Positions 53,124-64,000 of a stretch of 64,000 nt of DNA are shown piece by piece. Under the pieces are notes generated by a model, which saw only the letters and a list, made by a program, of their open reading frames with translations, ran no database searches and was not told the origin of the DNA. The translations under genes were made by a program, and so were the position numbers. The stretch lies in the NCBI RefSeq assembly GCF_009914755.1, contig NC_060933.1; one strand, written 5' to 3'. How positions within the stretch are numbered: position 1 is the stretch's first letter; each line of letters begins with the position of its first letter. The stretch comes from the human T2T-CHM13v2.0 reference genome, Homo sapiens.

Positions 53124-53482
53124 CAGGTGCAGGCTGCCCCGTGGGCCTTAGCGGAGACGCAGGTGTGGCCAGGCGTGGGCTGCCCCTTGGGCCTCAGCCG
53201 AGACACAGGTGTGGCCGTGGGCTGCCCGTGGGCCTCAGCGGAGACGCAGGTGTGGCCAGGCGTGGGCTGCCCCTTGGGCCTCAGCCGAGACACAGGTGTG
53301 GCCGTGGGCTGCCCCGTGGGCCTCAGCCGAGACACAGGTGTGGCCAGGTGCAGGCTGCCCCGTGGGCCTCAGCCGAGACGCAGGTGTGGCCAGGTGCAGG
53401 CTGCCCCATGGGCCTCAGCCGAGACACAGGTGTGGCCAGGTACAGGCTGCCCCGTGGGCCTCAGCCGAGACGCAGGTGTGGC
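53124..53482. repeat. 46-bp VNTR, 8 copies (two shortened to 41-42 bp)
   Basis: Unit caggtgcaggctgccccgtgggcctcagccgagacacaggtgtggc. Confidence 0.95.
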
Positions 53483-53559
53483 CGGGCCGTCTGCTTTCCA
53501 CTGTCCTTCTAGTCTCTATTCATTGGCTCCTGGCGGGGTCCACAGTCCCTGCCCGCTGA

Positions 53560-53676
<117 letters not shown>

Positions 53677-54786
53677 TGAGTGCCGGCCGTCAGTGTGAGC
53701 ACCCCAGGACGTTGGGAGGGCCCGAGAGGCAAGCAGGGCCGGGCGAGGGGATACAGATGCCTATGTCCAAGCTATCGGGGCAGAAAAGGCCACAGTGCCT
53801 GGGCTGCGGGTGTCGGGCCACCAAGCTGGGACTGAGGTCAGGAGGCAGCTCCAAGCCCACGTCCCCAGTACACGAGCAGCCCTGCAGCCCGACTCCTCCA
53901 AGGACAGAGATACCCAGATCTGGCTTCCTGGTCTATGCCATGGACGTAGAGAAGGGGACTGGCCCCTAGGCCAGGTGGGGTCTCTTGGCTGAGGCCCAGC
54001 TGAAAGCAGGGTCTGGAGGCAGCCAGGGTAAAGGTGGGGGTGCCCAGAGCTGCGAGGGCCTCCAGCCCACCCAGGCATGCCCACTGTGCCCACCTGCCTG
54101 TGTCCTCGTGGAGGGCTCCATGTTGCTGCTCTGCCTTGGGTCCCAGCGAGGCCTGGTCACCACTTCCCGTCCCCAGGCAGGGATGTCAGGCAAGCACTGT
54201 GCCCTGGGGGAGGGAGAGTGCCCTGCGTTTCCCGCCTCCCTTCCCCCCTGCCCCTCATGACAGACTGACAGACACAGAGCTGAGTGGGCAGATTGGGGCA
54301 TCCATGAGGATAGCATCTGGGACCTGGCGGCGACCCCAGCCCTGCCCATTAGACCTCCCAGCCTCAGGCCTGGGCGCTTGTCTGGCTGTGCCGGGCAGAG
54401 GCCTGAGTGTGGTGGGTAAAGGGGCAAGGCTCTGAGATGGGGGTAGAGGGCCAGACCCCAGGCCCACCCCTGTGTCACCCAAGCCCACGCTGATGACACA
54501 GCCCTGCATCCCCTGCTCCCAGAGAATGTTCCAGGGACCTAGGAGAGAGCCACCCGGCAGGCAGGGAGGCTCCGGGGAATTCGCCGTGAACAGAGGCCGC
54601 CATGCTGTGGCCAAGCTGCATTGTCAGCCAGCGTCAGGCAGGAGGTGGCTCCGGCAGAGCTTGGGGACAGATGGGCAGGGCTGAGGGCCTGATGCCACCC
54701 AGCTGTCAGGAGGGCGGGGCTCGCCTGGTGATGCACAGCTCAGTCTCCTGGGCAGTGAGGGTCCCGTGGGCAGGCAGGATCTCTGA

Positions 54787-55101
<315 letters not shown>

Positions 55102-56193
55102 TGAGGCTGTGGCACAGTGCGGGGGCCACTCCCAGGAGGGGACAGTGAGGCCAGGCGGGTGGTGCCTGCTCCGTTGCACGCCCCCACTGAGGGTCTACGG
55201 CGGGTCCGGTGGTGCTCAGCATGGTGGGTAATGATGGAGTCCCGTGAGCTGGCCTCTTCCTTCTGGGGAGATGGTGGGTCTCCAGTGCCAGGGTGACCTG
55301 CCCCTCCCAGGCCCAGGCAGAGTGCAGGGAAGGGTCAAGGTGGACAGCCGGCCCATTTCCCATCCACAGCCAGGTGCAGCAGCAGCTGCCAGGCCCACAG
55401 GGGGCACACCCCCCCGGCCACCCCAGTGGCTTCCCCGTCACCACTGCTGTGGCCCACTGCCCACTGAGCAGAGGAGGGGACGGGGCAAGACCTCAGTGGG
55501 AAAGGTGGAGGCCTGGAGAGGGCAGCTGCCTCAGGGTGTGAAGTGCTTGGGCCTGGACTGCCTCCGACACCTCCTCCAGGCACCCCAGCCCACCCTGGAG
55601 GGACCCTGCTATTGGGGAGATGGGAGAAGGAGGGGACCCCTGTGGGTGGTGGAACATTTTCCAGGAGGCTGGGTAGGAGGAAGAGCCTGAGGAGGTGGCC
55701 AGGGCCTTCTGGGAGACAGACCCCCAGGTGGCTGCAGGATGCCGGGGAGACAGGGCAGTGCTCCTAGGGAGCCTCTGCTGACCCCAGGCTCAGCCCCAGC
55801 TCCCTCCCGCTAAACAGCAGTGGGCGTGGCCCAGGTATGGGCCCAGGCCAGGCCTGGCTCTTCTCCTCACTATATCCAAGCCAAAGCTGTGGCACCAGCT
55901 GTACGGCCCCCAGCGTGGGCCATGTTCTCCACATCTGTGGCTTCTGTTCTCCTGAGTTCAGATGGGGCCGTGCGCGTCTTTCCATCTGGTTGTCGGCCAC
56001 TCCACCGTCCAGTGCCACGAGTCCCGCTCCTGTGAGCTGCCCGCTCCTCTTTGGTCTTCCCCCTGGTTCTCGCTGATGAGCGAGTCTCTGTGTTCTAGAA
56101 GAAGCCAGTTGTGTGTGGCTTTCCCGTTACTTCCTGCTCTGTGACCGCCCCTCTCACTTTGCTTACAGAATCTTCCATTCACGGATGGTCTTG

Positions 56194-56316
56194 ATTTTTT
56201 TTTTTTAAATTAGAGATAGGGTCTCACTCTCATTTTGTTGCCCAGGCTGGCCTCGAACTCCTGGGCTCAAGCGATCCTCCCGCCTCAGCCCCAGAAATAG
56301 CTGGGATTACAGGCGG
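56194..56316 (-). mobile_element. Alu monomer / FLAM
   Basis: poly-T, tagagatagggtctcact ... gctgggattacaggc. Confidence 0.85.
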
Positions 56317-56619
56317 CTTGGCTTTGATTCACCAATCTTTCCCTTATGGTTTCTGTTTTCCTGTCTTTACTGAAAAGATCATTCCCTCCCTCGATCATAA
56401 ACCTGGCTTCCTATTTTCTTCTAAAAGTGTAAAGCTCGCCTCTCACCTGGAGGGTTTCACCCACCAGGAACCACCATGTGGGGTGGGGTGGAGCTGGGTT
56501 CTCCCCTCTGACGCCTGCTCCCCCACACCCTGCATTCTGCTCCTTTCTCTGCGCATTTCATAACCAGGCAAGGGCGGGAGTGAGGGTGGGAGTGAGGCCA
56601 GGAGCACAGTGTGGGGGGC

Positions 56620-56780
56620 ACTCCGTGCAGTGACACTGCCTCCCTCCTCGGCCCTCCTGCCCCAATCCGTAAATCTCACCTCAAATTCTTTACCTTAATT
56701 ACTTCTGCAAAGACCCTTTTGCAAATGAGGACTCATCCTGAGGTGCAGGGGGACCTGCTTTCAGGGCCATCCTTGACCTT
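56620..56780 (-). mobile_element. MaLR LTR fragment
   Basis: accttaattacttctgcaaagacccttttgcaaatgagg. Confidence 0.65.
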
Positions 56781-57329
56781 GCTACGGGCCCCCAGCCTCC
56801 GTCCCTGGTCCGCCCCGGCCCACACTTCACCATGTGGCCGGCACCTGCTGAGGCCGCTGCACCCAGATGCTCTGCAGAGGCGTTGACCCATCCAGTCTCT
56901 GAATTCCCCACAAGCCCTTCCAGAGAAACATCCGAGAGGCCCCTGGCCCAGCCGAGGTCAGAGGAAGGGTCAACAGGGCCAATGCGTCCCCCTTTCCCCT
57001 GTGGGCCCACGGCCCAGCCACACGCAGCTCCACCTTCGGGCTGCGTCCGGCTCCTCTCCCCACCCCACACACCCCAGAGCGAAGAGGAGCCCCAGCCCCA
57101 GCCACCCCCAGGGTCGCTTTCAAATAAAGCAGGAGCGAAGCGCTCTCTCCCGTGCTTCTCACGAGACCGTGGCACCCACGGGTAAGGGCCAAATCGGGAT
57201 GTGCAGCAGGCCTGTTCCATGTCCCTCTGCTGCGTCCACAGCCTCCGGGCCGGGGCTGCCTTCCCATTCTGCTCCTGAAGCACCAGGGGAGCCCCCACCT
57301 CCCCTTATCTCCATTAAGAAGTAAGACAA

Positions 57330-57631
57330 GGCCAGGCGCAGGGCTCATGCCTGTAACCCCAGTACTTTGAAAGGCCAAGGCGGGAGGATCGCTTGAGCCC
57401 AGGAATTTGAGATCAGCTTGAGCAACGTAGAGAGACTCCCATCTCTACCAAAAAGTATGAAAATTAGCTGGGTGTGGCGGCATGCACCTGTAGTCCCAGC
57501 TACTTGGGAGGCTGAGGCAGGAGAATCGCCTGAGCCCTGAGGTTGAGGCTGTGGTGAGCTGTGATCTCGCCATCGCACTCTAGCCTATGCAACAGAGAGT
57601 GAGACCCTGTTTCAAAAAGAAAAAGAAAAAA
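57330..57631 (+). mobile_element. Alu (AluJ-like), first of a tandem pair
   Basis: ggccaggcgcagggctcatgcctgtaa ... A-rich tail. Confidence 0.92.
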
Positions 57632-57632
57632 G

Positions 57633-57975
<343 letters not shown>

Positions 57976-58619
57976 TCACACCTGCACTGCTCTTCAGGGA
58001 AATTCACGGAACAAATGCGCCATCGTCACGAGAACTGATTGCATCGATGGGTATGGCCATGGTGACAAGTGACCGACAGCCCAGCAGCCTGCACGCAGAG
58101 GTGTCACTGTAGCTCGAGCTCCGTGTCCACAGTGGGGTCCCTCAGATCAGCCACTGCCTGACTGCCTTGTCTCCTTTCTCCCGTGTGGGGCAGGCAGAGC
58201 AGGCCCTGAGTGGGACAAGCTCTGAGCGAGGCAGGGAGGAAGGCGGGGGCAGGGCCTGGGGGCTGGCGCACCCTCCCTCCCATCAGCCCTGCCGGACCTG
58301 GTGCTCAAACCTGACCCAGGTGGGCCTGTGCTGTCCCTGGCAGGGCTGGGGGTGATTGGGACAGTGATGCCGCTGACCCCACCGTCTAAGCCGCTCCCTG
58401 CCTCCTCCGAATGACTGGAAAGACTGAGCCTCTCACTGGCGATGGTAAGGGCGGGCTGCAGTGCCCTTGCCCTTGGTCTCCACTGGGCTGAATGCACCAG
58501 TAAAAGCCCTTGAAGCAGAGTGATGACCCCGAGGCCCTCGCTCACGAGCGTCCTTCTGGAACACAGCAGCGCCGGCTGGGTCTCCTGGAAGTATCCTCCA
58601 GGCTCTTCGATCAGCAAGA

Positions 58620-58965
58620 CAGACAGGCAGCTTAAACAGCAGATATGTATCCTCCGCCAGCCCTGGAGGACAGAATCGGAAGTGGAGGGGTTGGCAGGGC
58701 TGACCCTATCAGGCCGCTTTGGGGGAGATTGTCCCATGCCTCTCTCCAGCTTCTGGTGGGGCCGCAATCCCTGGGGCTGCTTCTACGGTGGCTGTAGAAA
58801 CCTCAGCCTCTACCCCGTGTGCACTTGGCCTCTTCTCTGTACCTCTCACTGGATTTAGGGCCCACTCCAACCCAGGGTGACCTTATCTTAAATCATTACA
58901 TCTGCAGAGACCTATTTCCAATCAGATCACATGGCGAGGTTCTGGGCAGATAGGACTTTTAGGGT
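58620..58965 (-). mobile_element. MaLR (MLT1) LTR
   Basis: gcagcttaaacagcagatatgtatc ... ggatttagggccc ... attacatctgcagagacctatttccaa. Confidence 0.75.
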
Positions 58966-59341
58966 CACTACGGAGCTGCCGTCATTAGCTCCTTCATCCT
59001 CACGGCGGCCCTGGAGGGTTGCCGTGCCATGCAGCCATCTTGTAGGTGAGGAAGCTGAGGCTCAGAGTGGGGGACGTGAGCCCTGGGGTGTCTGACAGCA
59101 GAGCCCCCGCCAGCACCATCCGCGGGGAAGCCTCTGTTCCGGTCGCCCTGGAGTCTTGAGCACCTCCCAGCTGTGGAAACTGTTTTGTGTGGCAAGGCAG
59201 TGGAGCCTCGTCACCGGAACAAAGCAGGCGCTGGATAAGTGCAATGCGATGGTCCCATTTAGACCAGACGATAGCACATCAGCCATGCAGCCCACAGTCC
59301 ATGGGAGCTCCTGCCATTGTTCATTTAACACGTGTTCAACA

Positions 59342-59640
59342 AGCCGGGCACCATGACTCAGCCTGTAATCCCAGCACTTCAGGACGACAAGGCAGGAGGA
59401 TCGCTTGAGCCCAGGAGTTCGAGACCAGCCTGGGCAATGTAGTGAGACCCCATCTCTACAAAAAATAAAAATAAAACTAGCTGGTCATGGTGGTGATGCA
59501 CCTAGAATCCCAGCTACTCAGGAGGTTGAGGCAGGAGGATGGCTTGAGCCCGGGAAGTCAAGGCTGCAGTGAGCTGTGATTGCACCACGGCACTCCAGCC
59601 TGGGTGACAGAGTGAGCCTCCGTCTCAAAAAAAAGAAAAG
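59342..59640 (+). mobile_element. Alu (AluJ-like)
   Basis: agccgggcaccatgactcagcctgtaatcccagc ... ctcaaaaaaaag. Confidence 0.92.
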
Positions 59641-60020
59641 CCAAAGACTTTCACCTAGAGGCCAGTGGGGCCGGTGCTGGGAGGCCCCGGTGGCCTCTGT
59701 TTTGGATCTGTCCCCTTTGAGTCTCAACACCCAGAGCTTGCATCTGGGGAGCATGAGCCAGGGCAGGCAGCATCCTCAGACCAGCAGCCTCAAACCACCT
59801 GCCCCCCAGACATAGGCTCCTGACAGTGAGGCCTGCGAGTGCCTGGAAGACCGGGGTCTGAGGCCTGATTTGGCCACGCTTACCATCAAGAGAGTGATCC
59901 CCAATCCCACGGGCTGAGCCTCCCCACCCTCGGTTTACTCCACAGTCTCCAGCCGCCCCTCCTCCCTTGGTCCCCACACATCCTGCCAGCCGGGCCTGCG
60001 TCCTGCTCTGTGTCATCTGA

Positions 60021-60608
<588 letters not shown>

Positions 60609-60691
60609 TGGCAGCCCACAGTCAGGTGGAGGGGCCCTGCGGGGGCCCCTCTTTTCCCTCCCACCAGATGCAAGATCACAGTGAGCTCTAG

Positions 60692-60928
<237 letters not shown>

Positions 60929-61047
60929 TGAGTGCTGGTGGGCGGAGGGGGTGGCATGGGGGCACCTTCCTGAGTCAGGTCGGCTGCTCAGGGCTGAGGC
61001 ATTGACCGTCGCTCTCCTGGCCAATGAGAGCCATGAGAGCATTATAG

Positions 61048-61836
61048 ACTATCCCCAGGGTGGACCATCTAGGTGGACTGTCCAGGGTGGATCGTCCGGG
61101 GTGGACCATTTAGGGTGGATCGTCTGGGGTGGACCATTCAGGGTGGACCTTCTGGGATGGACCATTTAGGTGGACCATACAGGGTGGATCATCTGGAGTG
61201 AACTGTCAAGGGTGGACCATCCAGGGTGGACCATCTGGGGTGGACCATCTAGGATGGACTGTCTGGGGTGGACCATTCAGGGTAGACCTTCTGGGATGGA
61301 CCATTTAGTGTGGACCATCCAGGGTGGATTGTCTAGGGTGGGTCATCTGGGGTGAACTGTCCAGGGGGGACCATCCAGGGTGGGTCATCTGGGATGGACT
61401 GTTCAGGGTGGACCATCCAGTGTAGATCATGTGGGGTGGACCATCTAGGGTAGACTGTCCAGGGTGGACCATCTGGGGTGGGCTGTCTGGGGTGGGCCAT
61501 TCAGAGTGAACCATCTGGGATGGATCTCTAGGGTGGACCATCCAGGGTGGATCATCTGGGGTGGACCATTCAAGGTGGACCATCTAGGGTGGACCATCTG
61601 GGGTTGGTCCTCTGGGGTAGATCATCAGGGGCGGACCGTCTGGGGTATACCCTCTGGGGTTGTCTGGGGTGGGCCATCCATGGTGGACCCTCTTGGGTGG
61701 ACCATCTGGGGTGGATCGTCTGGGGTGGACCATCCATGGTGGACCCTCTTGGGTGGACCGTCTGGGGTGGATCATCCAGGGTGGACTGTCTGGGGTGGAC
61801 CCTCTGGGGTGGATTGTCTGGGGTAGACTGTCCGGG
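61048..61836. repeat. ~15-bp minisatellite (gggtggaccatctRg)n
   Basis: Directly visible. Confidence 0.93.
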
Positions 61837-63118
61837 GCCTCTTGCAGTTTCTCTAGCTCAGGTCCCAGGCCCAGATGAGCAGGATCCTGCAGCCAGGCCC
61901 TTGTCCCTGCACCATACCCACTGTGGAGCAGCCCAGGCAAGCCCAACCCAGCTAAGTCTCTGTCTCCCTTTTCAGGGTGAGGGGCAGCCTTTTGCGAGCT
62001 CCACCTTCCCCTGCTCCAAGTCTAGGGAAATCTTTGTCAAGTTCTAGGGAGGCTCAAAATAGAACAGGGGCGGGAGAGTCAGCTGCTGTGAGTCAAGGTG
62101 GGAGAACGGGCTGAAGGTAGAGTTCCTTTTAAAGACAAATTGACAGAGTGACAAGGTAACAAGAGTATATTATTACCTGGAACTTTCCAGAATGTGTCGG
62201 TGCACTTTCTGGGACACTCCCTGGAAAACCCTCCTGGTGACATTTTCATTCCAGGAGCCTGAATGTGTCCTTAGTGGCATAGTGTTGGTGGTACTCCCAG
62301 GGTCTCTCCTCATCACTCCCCCTCCCCCTGCCATGTCCAGAGCCCCAAGCTGGAACCCATTGCCTATGGAACGCCACCTCTTTTGTGGTCCCGTCCCCAG
62401 CACACACAGGCGATGCACCTGCTTGGGCCCAGGGAGTGGGGAGAGGGCAAGGGCGTAGGCCATTCCCAGCCAGGCAGGGATGAGCCCAGGGCTGTGGGTA
62501 CAGGGCCTGGGGCCCCTGCGGAGCAGACAGTGGTGCCAGTGATGTGGTGGGGTTCCCTGCCCTGGGGCAGAGGCGACAGTTTCTTAGACAGCGTCTCAGC
62601 AGTGCTAGGTGGTTTCTGCAGCTGGGCTTTCAGGAGACCCAGGAGGCGCTGGAAGTGACCACCCAGGTTCCCAGACCACAGAGTAGCCAGGCCAGGGAGC
62701 GGACAGGGTCTCTGCCCCCAGATTCCCCCCTCCCTCCTGCACCCCAACCCAGCCCTGGGTGAATGTCTCATGGCAACATACAAGATGGGTACCCCGGAAG
62801 CCAGTGCCCAGGTCACTGGCACACACCTAGGTGGGGTCTCCACCGGGCCTGCTCCTGCCAACCCTGGACCCCTAGCCCCTGACGCCTGGGAGTATGGACA
62901 AATCCAGGCAGCCCCAGCCAGCAGAGCCCCCTCGCACGACCTCCTGATGCCCCTCCTACCTGGCCAACTTAGGGACAAGCTGGGGGGTTGCTTCAGAGAA
63001 CAGGGCCTGGGGGAGGAAGGGCAGGCACTGCCCTAGGAAGCACCATGGGCTCCCACTCAGGGCCGTGGCCAGGAGAAGCTGTCAGCTGGTGTCTCCAGGA
63101 CACACCATCCATAGCATC

Positions 63119-63295
63119 TGACCCCCTGCCCCCACCCGCTGTCAGCCTGCACACACTCGGGGGACAGGTGTGGCTCCTGACCCCTGCCCCCACCCGCTGT
63201 CAGCCTGCACACGCTCAGGGGACAGGTGTGGCTCCTGAACCCTGCCCCCACCCTCTGTCAGCCTGCACACGCTCGGGGGACAGGTGTGGCTCCTG
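63119..63295. repeat. 58-59-bp tandem repeat x3
   Basis: ccctgcccccacccgctgtcagcctgcacacRctcRggggacaggtgtggctcctg. Confidence 0.92.
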
Positions 63296-63751
63296 TGCCT
63301 TCTCGAGTGTCGGAGCTTGGAGTCTCCTAGGGTGTCCAGGAGTCCTGACCCGGCTCAGAGCCTGCCAGGGATGGGCCAGGGAGTCTGGAGAGGCCCAGGA
63401 TGCCTGCGGGGGGGGGGGGCACAGGGATGCCTGCTGGTGGAGGGCACACAAGGATGCCCGTGGGGGACACTGTGATGTGGGTTGGCGGGGGGGGGGGGGG
63501 CAGTATGGGGATGCCCACTGAGGGGGCACTGTGACTCCTGACCAGCAGAGAGTAGGGGCCTCCTCCCGCCTTCCATCCTCCCCGCCTTCCATCCTCTCCG
63601 CCTTCCATCCAGCCGTCCTCTCAGTCTCTTTCTGTGCACCTGCTGCACCAGCCTCCTCCCAGAGGAGGTCCTCCCCACCTCACCTCCGCACCCCCGGCTG
63701 CACTGCCCACCTCCCCTGCTCCACCCACGCTCAGGCCCTGGTGCATTGCAG

Positions 63752-63815
63752 GATGGACAATGGGGAGGCCTGCTTCATCCTCAGCAGCAGGAACGAGGTG
63801 GACCGCACGGCTGCA
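63752..63815 (+). CDS. KCNT1: KCNT1 exon 14 (RCK1): [21 protein letters not shown]
   Basis: attgcag|G ... GCA|gtgagt; 64 nt. Confidence 0.98.
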
Positions 63816-63970
63816 GTGAGTGAGGCTGAGGCCCTGCCCAGGCGGGAGGGGCACCGTGGGGCCGGGGAGCGGGGGTCCCTGAGGGAAGAGACCTGCCCCA
63901 GGCTGCCGGTGCCGCCCAGCAGCCCACAGAGGCCAGCCCGTCTGCACTGACCAACCACCCACCCCGCCAG

Positions 63971-64000
63971 GACCACCAGACCATCCTGCGCGCCTGGGCC
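63971..64000 (+). CDS. KCNT1: KCNT1 exon 15, truncated by the window end: DHQTILRAWA
   Basis: ccgccag|GAC; continues the exon 14 frame. Confidence 0.96.

Overview
GC-rich mammalian DNA, almost certainly human chr9q34.3, lying wholly inside KCNT1 (Slack/KNa1.1 sodium-activated K+ channel) on the + strand. The window runs from intron 1 to the first 30 nt of exon 15 (exon numbering of the 1235-aa RefSeq form, recalled from memory). Splicing GT-AG bounded exons by hand gives one uninterrupted frame: the N-terminus, S1-S6 with the TVGYG filter, and the start of RCK1. The 5' half carries a modular N-terminal system: a Slack-A-type exon (9426-9569) in a CpG island with a near-consensus REST/RE1 site, a Slack-B first exon (31712-31866) in a second CpG island with an overlapping uORF, and a 42-nt microexon (37851-37892). 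All three are phase-2 compatible. Introns hold Alus, MaLR LTRs, MIR, L1, a MER53, many exon-adjacent minisatellites and two dispersed non-Alu duplications. The ORF track is almost all GC-rich or repeat noise. There is no prokaryotic system, CRISPR array or RNA gene. Repeat family names and repeat boundaries are by-eye approximations.
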